A stretch of 26,717 nucleotides of DNA from an uncultured Rhodobacterales bacterium (GCA_964489925.1 CAZBBZ010000002.1:1-26717); one strand, 5' to 3'. Positions 1 to 8,563 are shown, counted from the stretch's first letter. A program made the numbers and translations. The notes: a model not told the origin generated them from the letters alone.

Positions 1-2
1 GG

Positions 3-428
3 AACCATATTTTGGCCGGTGGCATCCGGCCGCATTATTATTGCCTGCCTGTGGCGAAGCGAGAAGTGCATCGTTTGGCCTTGGTCAAAGCCGCAACAAG
101 TGGGGATGGGCGGTATTTTCTGGGCACCGATAGCGCGCCTCATGTGGATGCGGCGAAAGAAACGGGTTGTGGGTGTGCCGGATGTTTTACGGCGAGCAAC
201 ACCATGTCTTGTCTCGCCCATGTGTTTGAAGCGGCGGGGGCTTTGGATAAGCTGGAGGCTTTTGCCTCGCTGAATGGTCCGGCTTATTACGGATTGGCGC
301 CGAACGCGGATAAGATCACCTTGCGCAAGAGCGACGCAGCGGTTGCCTATCCATCGCATATCAAGACGCCAGACGGTGACGTCACGGTGTTTGATCCGGG
401 CTTTGAACTTTATTGGAAGGTGCTTTGA
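3..428 (+). CDS. pyrC: Dihydroorotase, C-terminal part (5' truncated by window edge)
   Basis: Frame is open from base 3 ([21 protein letters not shown]...FLGTDSAPH...GCAGCF...[15 protein letters not shown]), matching the type II (E. coli-like) dihydroorotase motifs RPHxYCLP and GTDSAPH. TGA at 426-428. Confidence 0.95.
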   Translation, partial: NHILAGGIRPHYYCLPVAKREVHRLALVKAATSGDGRYFLGTDSAPHVDAAKETGCGCAGCFTASNTMSCLAHVFEAAGALDKLEAFASLNGPAYYGLAPNADKITLRKSDAAVAYPSHIKTPDGDVTVFDPGFELYWKVL

Positions 429-862
429 TGACATCGCAACGTGTGACCTTGATTACGCTTGGCGTAGAGAGCCTTGAGCGCGCGAAGGCGTTCTATGCGG
501 CTTTAGGCTGGGAGCCGCATCCATCCGATGTGGACACGGTCGTATTTTACCAAATGCAGGGGGCCGTGCTGGGGCTTTTCCCACTGGATGAACTGGCCAA
601 GGATCAAGGACGCGCGGATGCGCCGCTTGGCACAGGGGCCTCAACACTGGCGCAGAACTTTCCGACAGAGGCCGAGGTGGATGCGGCCTATGCCTTGGCG
701 TTGAAGGCGGGCGCCACAGCGTTGAAAGCCCCTGAAAAGGTATTCTGGGGCGGGTATTCGGGATATTTTGCGGACCCGGACGGGCATGTTTGGGAAGTGG
801 CGATGAACCCGTTTTGGCCCTTGGCGGATGATGGGTCGCTGACCTTGCCGGACAAGGCGTGA
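428..862 (+). CDS. VOC family (glyoxalase/bleomycin resistance-like) protein
   Basis: [28 protein letters not shown]...KAPEKVFWGGYSGYFADPDGHVWEVAMNP is the typical VOC signature. The ATG at 428 overlaps the pyrC stop (TGATG), so this start is preferred over 413. Confidence 0.9.
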   Translation: MTSQRVTLITLGVESLERAKAFYAALGWEPHPSDVDTVVFYQMQGAVLGLFPLDELAKDQGRADAPLGTGASTLAQNFPTEAEVDAAYALALKAGATALKAPEKVFWGGYSGYFADPDGHVWEVAMNPFWPLADDGSLTLPDKA

Positions 863-1482
863 CGTTAAGCCTGAACGATCTGGCGCTATATGCAGGCGCT
901 TTGCTGATTTTATTCCTGACGCCGGGACCCGTTTGGGTGGCCTTGATCGCGCGCGCCTTGACCGGGGGGTTTAACGCGGCTTGGCCCTTGGCCTTTGGCG
1001 TGGTGGTGGGGGATGTAATTTGGCCCTTGCTCGCGATCCTTGGGGTCACGGCAATTTTGAGCGTGTTCAGCGGGTTTTTGGTGGTGATGAAATACATCGC
1101 CGTGGTGATGTTCTTGGCCATGGGTGTAATGCTGATCCGCAAATCCGGCACGCTGGTGGGCGAAAATTCGGCGCTGACCAAACCGGGGATGCTGGCGGGG
1201 TTTCTGGCCGGGCTCGCGGTCATTATCGGCAATCCCAAAGCGATTTTGTTTTATATGGGTCTGTTGCCGGGGTTCTTTGACATGAGCGCTTTGACGGGTG
1301 TGGATATTGCCGTGATTTGCTTGCTGTCCGCGGTCGTGCCCTTGGCCGGGAACTTGGTGCTGGCCCTGAGTTTTGAGCGGGTGCGGCGGTTTTTGCAGTC
1401 CGAAACCGCCCTGCGGCGCACAAATATTGTGGCGGGTGTGATGCTGATCGGCGTGGCTTTGGTGATCTTGTTGTTGCAGTGA
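859..1482 (+). CDS. LysE/RhtB family amino-acid exporter
   Basis: TPGP motif near the N-terminus, GNPKAILFY motif, about six hydrophobic segments, 207 aa. The GTG start overlaps the upstream stop (GTGA). Confidence 0.92.
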   Translation: MTLSLNDLALYAGALLILFLTPGPVWVALIARALTGGFNAAWPLAFGVVVGDVIWPLLAILGVTAILSVFSGFLVVMKYIAVVMFLAMGVMLIRKSGTLVGENSALTKPGMLAGFLAGLAVIIGNPKAILFYMGLLPGFFDMSALTGVDIAVICLLSAVVPLAGNLVLALSFERVRRFLQSETALRRTNIVAGVMLIGVALVILLLQ

Positions 1483-1501
1483 GGCTGGCAAATTGATCGG
1501 G

Positions 1502-1517
1502 GGCCAGTCGCCTGGCC
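1502..1517. terminator. Small hairpin between convergent lysE and caspase genes (possible terminator)
   Basis: GGCCAG-TCGC-CTGGCC, a 6-bp GC-rich stem in the 52-bp convergent gap. No clear U-tract on either strand. Confidence 0.25.
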
Positions 1518-1534
1518 AACAGCTAGAAATATTC

Positions 1535-1800
1535 CTAACAACTAAACCCGCTGCAGCCGCTTCCGCCGCCGCTATCATTGCTACTGCCACTATTGCTGCT
1601 GCCATTGTCGTCGTCATCATCGTCATCACGTCGATTCCGACGTGCGCGTCGCTCAGCGGCTTTCTTTGCGGCGGCCTGCTCTGCGGCTTTTACCGCTGCC
1701 GCTTGTTGTGCTGCCGCTTTTTGCGCAGCTTCCTGTTGTTCTCTGGCACGCCTTGCCGCTGCCCTCTGTTGGGCGATTTTGCGTCGTTCCGCTTGTTGCG
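1535..1800 (-). repeat. Low-complexity coding tail of the caspase gene (Ala/Gln/Arg-rich helix, Asp7 tract, Ser/Gly/Asn repeats)
   Basis: Encodes QQRAAARRAREQQEAAQKAAAQQAAAVKAAEQAAAKKAAERRARRNRR-DDDDDDD-NGSSNSGSSNDSGGGSGCSGFSC. The Asp codons at 1607-1627 are mixed GAC/GAT. Confidence 0.7.
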
Positions 1801-3286
1801 CACGAAACGCAGCAACATCGTCGTCGCTAATGGCGCGCCGCAGACGTATTAGAGTGGATTGCGTTGCCTCTCCGCTTGATGTCAGGCCGACTTGTTGTTC
1901 ATAGGTTTTGATGGCCGTGCGCGTGCGACTGCCAAAAAGACCATCAATCGGTCCCGGTTTGAAACCTAGGATGGTGAGCCGTTCTTGGATGTCACGCAAT
2001 TCGTTTCGCTTCAGTGGTTCCTCTGTCGGTACGACAGGTAGCGCGTCAGATGTCGTTGCGGCAAAACCCGTAGGAACCGCACTTGGGCGGTATCGGTTGA
2101 CCGGCAAAGACGCGAGCAAGCGAAGTGTTTGGTTCGCGGATGCAGCGCTTTTTTGCGCGATAGGGGCGAGGTCACGCCCCACCTTCGGCGCTTGATCTGA
2201 CAGCGCAAATTGTTGCGCCTTTGGCTCTGCTTTTTGGGCCGCTTCGTCTAGGGCTAGCGGTGGGGATGGTGCCAATTCAGGTTCGGGGGTTGGCACGCTT
2301 TGATTGAGTTTGTTCAAACGGTGCTTTGCAAAAGGGGCAAAGGCGCTATCGGGATAAATTTCCAGAAAGGTTGACAGAAGGTCCGGGTCGCGGGTGTCTT
2401 TGATCGAATTCCAAACGGCTTCTTGTTCTGCCAAATTCATCCGCGGCGCGTCGGGGGCAAGCGCGGGTTCTGCTTGCGGTGTTTGCTTTGGTTCGACAGG
2501 AGCCGACGCATTCAAGAACAGTTTCCTTGAGGAAAGAGAGCCATACCAAAACGGCTCTTGCTGGCCCCCGGTTAATCCATGCACACGGTCGCGCACCGAG
2601 CGCAGAAACAACCCGATTTCGAGGTTTGGCGTCTTTAATGCGTGAAGCAATGCTTCTGTATAGGGCGAATTCCGATCGTCCCCGTCGTAGGCGACTGTGC
2701 CCGCTTTGGCGGCATAAGCCACCACCGTATTCAATTTGGGCTCAACCGACGCAAGCCCTCGGCCGATAGACCGCGTGCCACCCGCCATTTGGTTGGCGAA
2801 GGGATTGTTGCGACAGGCATCCAGAATGACGAGGCTTAGTTCGGACGCCCCACTTGCCGCAAACACCACGTTATCAAGGGGAATGGTCTCAAAGGGGATG
2901 TCGAGATCGCTTTGCAGACGGGCATCGGTTGGGATCAAATAGTTTTGCTTTTCCACTTCAATTCCGTGTCCCGCAAAGTACACGATGGCGACCGCAGAGG
3001 TGCGCGCGTCTTGCTGGAAATCACGCAAGGCGCGCAACATTTCGGACTGGCTTGTATCCAGCTCGACCACCACTTCATACCCCAGATCGCTCAACGTGGC
3101 CGCCATGTCTTGGGCATCATTCTTGGGGTTCTTAAGTGCTGTCACCGCAGTATAAGAACTGTTCCCGATAACGAGCGCGACACGCCTTTCTGACGCTGCT
3201 GACCCAGATATGCCGACAAACATAAAAAGGATAAGCGCACTAAAGGCATATCGCACCGCTAAATCGGCTTTATCTTTGATCCCCAA
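1535..3286 (-). CDS. Caspase-family (peptidase C14) protease with N-terminal signal peptide and peptidoglycan-binding domain
   Basis: TTG start with AAGGAGG 7 nt upstream; hydrophobic N-terminal signal; RRVALVIGNSSY, LKNPKNDA, YFAGHG (His107), ILDACRNNPF (Cys158), AYAAKAG and NSPYTEALL motifs. Residues ~425-483 (IQERLTILGFKPGPIDGLFGSRTRTAIKTYEQQVGL) match PG_binding_1. Low-complexity C-terminal tail. Confidence 0.9.
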   Translation of the reverse strand: MGIKDKADLAVRYAFSALILFMFVGISGSAASERRVALVIGNSSYTAVTALKNPKNDAQDMAATLSDLGYEVVVELDTSQSEMLRALRDFQQDARTSAVAIVYFAGHGIEVEKQNYLIPTDARLQSDLDIPFETIPLDNVVFAASGASELSLVILDACRNNPFANQMAGGTRSIGRGLASVEPKLNTVVAYAAKAGTVAYDGDDRNSPYTEALLHALKTPNLEIGLFLRSVRDRVHGLTGGQQEPFWYGSLSSRKLFLNASAPVEPKQTPQAEPALAPDAPRMNLAEQEAVWNSIKDTRDPDLLSTFLEIYPDSAFAPFAKHRLNKLNQSVPTPEPELAPSPPLALDEAAQKAEPKAQQFALSDQAPKVGRDLAPIAQKSAASANQTLRLLASLPVNRYRPSAVPTGFAATTSDALPVVPTEEPLKRNELRDIQERLTILGFKPGPIDGLFGSRTRTAIKTYEQQVGLTSSGEATQSTLIRLRRAISDDDVAAFRAQQAERRKIAQQRAAARRAREQQEAAQKAAAQQAAAVKAAEQAAAKKAAERRARRNRRDDDDDDDNGSSNSGSSNDSGGGSGCSGFSC

Positions 3287-3322
3287 CCCGTGCCCTCCTT
3301 GGCATGCAATGCCGCAACTGCC

Positions 3323-4327
3323 CTAGTTGTTGGAGCCTCTAAACAGTCCGCTGAACGAGATCGGTTCGTTGCCGCTGCCCTTAATTGCTGTTCCAGACCC
3401 ACCGAATGAACCGATTGCTTCGCGGTAGGACGCATTGCCGACAAACCGCCCCGACAAGGTGCTGCTTGAAACGCTGATAGAGCTTATCGGGTCTGCGCCA
3501 GTGCCGTTGACCGATGTAAATTGAATGCCATTCGTGGCTGATATTGTGCCATCTGACATCATCGTGCCGTTTGTCAGCGTAACGGTTGGTGCCATTTCTT
3601 GGTTATCGGGGTCACCAGTTGCGCGAAACAAGTCGCCCGAAATTGTGTTGTTGTTGAAGTTTGCGGTCAGGTTCGTCGTGCCGCCAAACATCCGGCGCCC
3701 GTCTGACGTATAAAGATCCCCTGCCCCGGTAAAGGTGGCGATACCACCAACAGCGCCGGTTGCAGCCACGTTTAGATCAATGGGCCATCCGTAGAGGAAA
3801 TTCCCGCGGATGCGATGCTGTGTGAACGTGGGCGAAAACACTTCCGTTTCATTTCCGTAGATGCGACCCCAAATGCCGCCAGCATTGTTGCGGTGGATTT
3901 GCAATCGATCCCCTTGATCAGATTGATAAATCCACTCGTAAACAATCGTCGGCGATGTTCTGATCAAGACGGGGCCAGAAACAACAGTATAGCTTGCTGT
4001 ACCGCTCGGCGTGACGACATTGACCACGCGTTCATTGGATTCATCAACGTAGACCCCGATTTCATCGTGAGAAACCTCTGTGTTTCCTTCCGCGAAAGGT
4101 CGCACTCTGAGGTTTGGCAGGCTGTCGCTGATTTTTGATCGCGAGAAGAACCCAGTAAACAGGCCCGCGCCTTGCTCAACCTCTGGTGTACCAACATTGG
4201 CTGGTGCCGCGTTCAAAGGCACAAATCCAATCTCGTCACCGATGCTTTTGACGCCATCGGTGCCGCCGCCGCCACAAGCCAATAAACCAAAACAAGCAAA
4301 ACCGAGAAAAGTAGATTTCATAAACAT
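3323..4327 (-). CDS. Lipoprotein with transferrin-binding-protein (TbpB/HpuA)-like C-terminal beta-barrel
   Basis: ATG at 4327 preceded by GGGGGA; lipobox LLAC (Cys18) followed by a Gly-rich linker. The C-terminal half is Gly/Thr/Ser/Asn-rich with alternating beta-strand patterns (ATFTGAG, TNLTANFNNNTISGDL, LSGRFVG, EAIGSFGG) typical of TbpB-like barrels. Lipoprotein status is more certain than the family call. Confidence 0.7.
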   Translation of the reverse strand: MFMKSTFLGFACFGLLACGGGGTDGVKSIGDEIGFVPLNAAPANVGTPEVEQGAGLFTGFFSRSKISDSLPNLRVRPFAEGNTEVSHDEIGVYVDESNERVVNVVTPSGTASYTVVSGPVLIRTSPTIVYEWIYQSDQGDRLQIHRNNAGGIWGRIYGNETEVFSPTFTQHRIRGNFLYGWPIDLNVAATGAVGGIATFTGAGDLYTSDGRRMFGGTTNLTANFNNNTISGDLFRATGDPDNQEMAPTVTLTNGTMMSDGTISATNGIQFTSVNGTGADPISSISVSSSTLSGRFVGNASYREAIGSFGGSGTAIKGSGNEPISFSGLFRGSNN

Positions 4328-4351
4328 TTGGTATCCCCCGAAAAGAATCAA

Positions 4352-4544
4352 TTAATTTCACAACCATAGCAAGTAAAATTGGATGTTTCTAGGTTTTGCA
4401 TTCAACCTTTACGTTATAAGATGTGTGATCGGTGAGCCCCGTAGCTTCCAAATTACATTTAACCTTTGTTGCGATAGATAAAGACGGTTTTCCTGTACTT
4501 TGACGGCACCCTCGATGCGCCGATCAACCTAAAGTTTAGATGAT
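4352..4544 (-). promoter_or_regulatory. AT-rich intergenic region, probable own promoter of the lipoprotein-caspase unit
   Basis: 193-bp non-coding AT-rich stretch between the tagF stop and the lipoprotein start region. Contains the imperfect direct repeat TGCATTCAACCTTT (4397-4410) / TACATTTAACCTTT (4454-4467). Confidence 0.4.
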
Positions 4545-4988
4545 TTATGAAACCTCGGCTTTGCTCCACAGTAGCGGTGGGGCGATATTGCTGGCTTTGG
4601 AATGCGGCGGGTTCGGTAAAGACGCGAGCTTGTCCAGCAACGCATCTGGCAAAGACCTATGAGAGATCGCGTCCAGTGCGATGGGGGCGGCAAGGTCCGC
4701 CCATTGATCCGCGCTTGCCCGATCAACCTGTTCAACTGCGCAACAGACCGCGAGCGGAAACGCCCGACCGATCTTATCGTGACTTGGCAGGATCAGCAGC
4801 AACAGCGATGATTTGGGGCCTTGGATCACGGCCCGCATGCCGCCTTCGGGCCAGTTGTCCGGCTTATGCAGAGGTGAGACAAGGTTTTGTGTCACCCACC
4901 GGTCCAAAACAGGGCGCAGGCCCGGACCAAGTCCACGGCTTACAAAATCGCCGCTCGCGGGCAGCTTACCAAAAAAGCCAACGCTCAC
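4545..4988 (-). CDS. tagF: T6SS-associated protein TagF (short, stand-alone)
   Basis: GFFGKLPASGDFVSRG at the N-terminus and the PSHDKIGRAFPL motif are TagF/ImpM hallmarks; position directly after tssM. GTG at 4988 is the only in-frame start. Confidence 0.88.
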   Translation of the reverse strand: MSVGFFGKLPASGDFVSRGLGPGLRPVLDRWVTQNLVSPLHKPDNWPEGGMRAVIQGPKSSLLLLILPSHDKIGRAFPLAVCCAVEQVDRASADQWADLAAPIALDAISHRSLPDALLDKLASLPNPPHSKASNIAPPLLWSKAEVS

Positions 4989-5011
4989 TATTCAAACCCA
5001 CCATGCACGCC

Positions 5012-8000
5012 TTAAAACCCTTGCGGGCAGGTGAACCCGGAAAACATGCCGAGGTCGAACGGGTTCTGAACCGAATTTGCACGCAGATCAAAGACGGCAC
5101 GATGTGCTCCGGCGGCCAATGTCAGGCGAAACACCTCTGGTAGTGGCGTTGCCTTAAGGTTGCCGCTTCGGATCATGCGCAAAAACGCCCAGTTGCCGGT
5201 TTGTGATGTGATCACCTCTGGCGTGCCATCCACAGGCGCAAAGCTGAGCGTGATCATGTTGGTGCCATCCGGTCCGGGCCACGTCATTGGCGTTGGCCGC
5301 ACCCCTGCGTTGAAATACGTCATAGCCTGACCATCAACATTCAGAATGACACGACTGGCTGCGGGCGTCAGGTCTTTTGGTTCCAGCGAAAAGGCCATAA
5401 CCGGCCCTGCACCACCGGGAAATAACGCCATTTGCATAGCGCGCGCGTTTTGAAACGGCACGAGCAAGGACGGGTCGAGGCCAATGTCATTGCGCCACGC
5501 CCATGGGGTTTGAAACTCGTCGATAAACGGGGCGAGGTGATCCTTGGTGTAGGTGTCGATCAACTCTCCGGGGCCGAACAGCCGGGCAAAATCGGCGACA
5601 TTGACATCAATCGGGCTGGTTTGATCAAACGGGTAGCGCCCGCGCGTCGCCGAGGTACAAAACGCAAGAACATCTGCCCGCCAGCGCGCGTCAAGCTGGG
5701 CGATAATCGCATCTCGGGTAAAATCGATCGTGTCCCCGGCAATGCCTTTCACCCAGTCTGAAATCGGATCCGGCAAAAACGCGGCTTGATCGGCAATCAT
5801 CCCGGTCAGGTTGGGCAGCCCGCCCCGCTCTAGCAGGGCGGCTTTGGGATCGGTACTGGCAGCGACTGTTTGCAACTCGTTTGACAGCGCGGTCAATGCG
5901 GCCACTGTGTCGTCGATCAGCGGCGGCTTACCGTCGACTTCTTGCACAATGGCGCGGATCGGTTTGAAATGCAGCGCAACCGGCGCGCCGGGTTCGGCAA
6001 AGGTTTGCCCCGTCCCACCGCTTGATTTGGCGAGCTTGGCTCCCTTTTTTGCGAGTTTGCCGACTTTACCTAGACGTTTGGTCGCGGCTTGGAATATCCC
6101 TTTTTTCGCTTTGCTCCCGTCGGCAGCTTCGCCTGCCTGTTCATCGCGGGTCAGATTTGTCTGGCGCACGACCTCATCCAATAGCCGTTTGAGTGCGCTA
6201 TCCTCAGATGACAGATCCTTTAGATTGATGCGCGCCTCAGCAAGATCGGACATTGGCGTCAAACGGACATCACGCAAGAAACCGTCCCACTGGGCAATAA
6301 AGTCATCGTAGTAAAGCTTACTGATGTCAGCTTGCAGCGTCGCGGGCGAGGCGTCGGAATTTTCCGCACAGCCGCCCTCAAACACCGCGCGATCAAGGAT
6401 CGCTTGCGCCGCAACATTGGGAATTGCCGGATCAATGACCTGATGAAACGCCTCATAGGTAAATGCGCCCGAAAGCCCGACCCGCAGCGTTTTTTCAGAC
6501 AGGCGGGTGAGCACGCGGGTTCCGTTGGGGCCGGCATGCTCTGCAGGAATCCAGTCGGTCAGGGCGGTCACTTCTGGTTGCGCCATCAACGCGCGATAAG
6601 CGCGTGTAGCGAGGGGGATTGTGCAGATACTATCAAGTGCGGCCTGAACCAGTTCTGGTTCTGCTTTTATGCGGTCCTCTTCGGATGCCATCCGTTTGAT
6701 GGCGGCGATTTGGTGGTCGATCGCAACCTCTGTCGGAAAGATATCGATGGGGGCAAAGTCGGGCAAGTCGGTTTGCCACCAAGTTGTAACGAAGTCCTCA
6801 TCATAGGCCGCAAGCCCTGTCATCATCTGATAAGATTTCAACGCCCCAAGCAGAAAATCAGGGTCGCGGCTGTGGCGCCACATGGTTGCTTCTAATGTAG
6901 CGATCATGCGCGGCTCTAGGATGTTGCGCAACGTATGCTCATAAGCAAGCGATTGGGCCTGTGTCAGTTCGTCCAGTGCCGTCGGTCCAAAGGCGGCAAA
7001 CGGGCTGTCTTGTACCTGCGTGCCTGCGTTCAGTGTCTCGCTCGCCGCTTCAAGAGCGAGGTTAAGGTCAAGCGGTTCGGTCGGTGCTTGCCGTGCGGCC
7101 ACATTAGCAAGGCGCGCGGAAAGTTTGGTCAACTGGCGTTCCTGATCGTCCAGACCACCCGAATAGCGCAGATAGGAAAACACGAACATGGCTGTTGCCA
7201 ACATGCAAACCAGCGTGGCGCTTGCCAAGGTGCCACGCCAAATCTTACGGCGACGGTCTTCGGCCTTGGGGTCAAACGTACCAAGGCCAGCTTCTGGGAA
7301 AATCAGATCGCTAAGCAAATTGCGTAAAAAGAAAGAGCGCGTTTGTCCGTGGGCGCGCGGCTTTGGCGGGGTGATTTGCAAGCCAATGGCCCGGCTCATG
7401 CCTTGCACAAGTTGATCAATCGGCGAGCCTTCTTGCGTGGCCGACGTGAAATAGAACCCCCGCAGCCAAGGGCTATCTTCGTAGCGGCTTTCCCCAAACA
7501 CAGCATCAATCAAATGTTTCAGAGGCCCAACAAGTTGTTCAAATTGGCTGGGGAAGCGGAAGCTTGCGCCGCGATCCTCTAGGCTTTGATCCCCGGCCAA
7601 GCGATGCACCAGCTGATCTTCAAGTTGGGCTTGCAACGCCTTGGTTTCCTGCCCAACTGCCGCGCCATCCACACGCGTATCTGCGGGCAGCGTAGCGCCC
7701 CAAACTTGTTCTCGCTCACGGGTGGACAAATCCGCAAAAAATGGCTCAAACCCTGCGATCAAATCAGCCTTGGTGATCATCAGATAGACCGGAAGGCGTA
7801 GCCCCAGTTCATCTTGCAGCTCAATCAGCCGCTTACGGATTTCGCGGCCATGTTCGCGGATTTCGCTTTCGGGGCCTGCGAGTTCTTCCACCGAAAGCGT
7901 GACAATCACGCCGTTGAGCGCGCGGCGCCCGCGATGTTTGCGCAAAAGCGACAAAAAGCCTTTCCATTCGGCGGCATCAACATCGGGATCACTGGCTTGC

Positions 8001-8560
8001 TGCACATAGCGCCCAGCCGTATCCACCAGCACCGCCTCTTCGGTAAAGAACCAGTCGCAATTGCGTGTGCCCCCGACGCCCTTGAGGTCATCGGATAGAT
8101 CAATGGGGAAATGCAGTCCCGATTGGCGCAACGCCGTGGTTTTTCCTGTACCCGGCGGGCCGATAATCACATACCACGGCATGTCGCGCAGAAACTTGCG
8201 CCCCCCCAGTTTAGAGCGCTTCATCTGGTCAAGTATCTCGGCAAACTTGCTGTTCACTTCAGCGACGTTTTCGGCACCCGGCTCGCCCGGCTCTTCTGGT
8301 TGCGGAGTCACCAATTCAGAGACGAACACGCGGTTCTGGCGCGCGGCTCTTATCTGGCGAACCAAGACCCGCAACAGCCAAACGATCCAGAGCACGCCGA
8401 TGGCGACGACCTTGGCAACCGGACTATCAAGCGGAGCGATCTCGCCAAATTTGACAAGACCGCCAAACAGCCAGATCAGCACCGAAAAGACCAACAGCCC
8501 GATCATCGTCCAGAACAAGCGGGAAATCAAAAAGGCGAATACGGATTTCAGGATGCGCAT
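5012..8560 (-). CDS. tssM: T6SS membrane subunit TssM (IcmF)
   Basis: 1182 aa; N-terminal TM helices, MPWYVIIGPPGTGKTT Walker A, TRNCDWFF, DTAGRY, LNGVIV, RLPVYLMITKADLIAGF, LRGFYFTSATQEG and GRYPF motifs. Confidence 0.97.
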   Translation of the reverse strand: MRILKSVFAFLISRLFWTMIGLLVFSVLIWLFGGLVKFGEIAPLDSPVAKVVAIGVLWIVWLLRVLVRQIRAARQNRVFVSELVTPQPEEPGEPGAENVAEVNSKFAEILDQMKRSKLGGRKFLRDMPWYVIIGPPGTGKTTALRQSGLHFPIDLSDDLKGVGGTRNCDWFFTEEAVLVDTAGRYVQQASDPDVDAAEWKGFLSLLRKHRGRRALNGVIVTLSVEELAGPESEIREHGREIRKRLIELQDELGLRLPVYLMITKADLIAGFEPFFADLSTREREQVWGATLPADTRVDGAAVGQETKALQAQLEDQLVHRLAGDQSLEDRGASFRFPSQFEQLVGPLKHLIDAVFGESRYEDSPWLRGFYFTSATQEGSPIDQLVQGMSRAIGLQITPPKPRAHGQTRSFFLRNLLSDLIFPEAGLGTFDPKAEDRRRKIWRGTLASATLVCMLATAMFVFSYLRYSGGLDDQERQLTKLSARLANVAARQAPTEPLDLNLALEAASETLNAGTQVQDSPFAAFGPTALDELTQAQSLAYEHTLRNILEPRMIATLEATMWRHSRDPDFLLGALKSYQMMTGLAAYDEDFVTTWWQTDLPDFAPIDIFPTEVAIDHQIAAIKRMASEEDRIKAEPELVQAALDSICTIPLATRAYRALMAQPEVTALTDWIPAEHAGPNGTRVLTRLSEKTLRVGLSGAFTYEAFHQVIDPAIPNVAAQAILDRAVFEGGCAENSDASPATLQADISKLYYDDFIAQWDGFLRDVRLTPMSDLAEARINLKDLSSEDSALKRLLDEVVRQTNLTRDEQAGEAADGSKAKKGIFQAATKRLGKVGKLAKKGAKLAKSSGGTGQTFAEPGAPVALHFKPIRAIVQEVDGKPPLIDDTVAALTALSNELQTVAASTDPKAALLERGGLPNLTGMIADQAAFLPDPISDWVKGIAGDTIDFTRDAIIAQLDARWRADVLAFCTSATRGRYPFDQTSPIDVNVADFARLFGPGELIDTYTKDHLAPFIDEFQTPWAWRNDIGLDPSLLVPFQNARAMQMALFPGGAGPVMAFSLEPKDLTPAASRVILNVDGQAMTYFNAGVRPTPMTWPGPDGTNMITLSFAPVDGTPEVITSQTGNWAFLRMIRSGNLKATPLPEVFRLTLAAGAHRAVFDLRANSVQNPFDLGMFSGFTCPQGF

Positions 8561-8563
8561 TGC

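Noticed and set aside
453-1629. Long minus-strand ORFs 453-1238 (261 aa) and 910-1629 (239 aa)
   Set aside because: Antisense shadows of the well-supported VOC/LysE genes; no recognisable motifs.
4448-4464. CtrA binding site
   Set aside because: Only a TTAACC half-site; the upstream half reads CCAA rather than TTAA.
4504-4522. Hairpin CGGCGC-N7-GTGCCG (minus strand) after tagF as a terminator
   Set aside because: Only 6 bp including a G-U pair, and no U-tract follows.
4547-5143. 198-aa plus-strand ORF
   Set aside because: Lies antisense over tagF and the tssM 3' end; Arg/Pro-rich composition typical of a non-coding frame.
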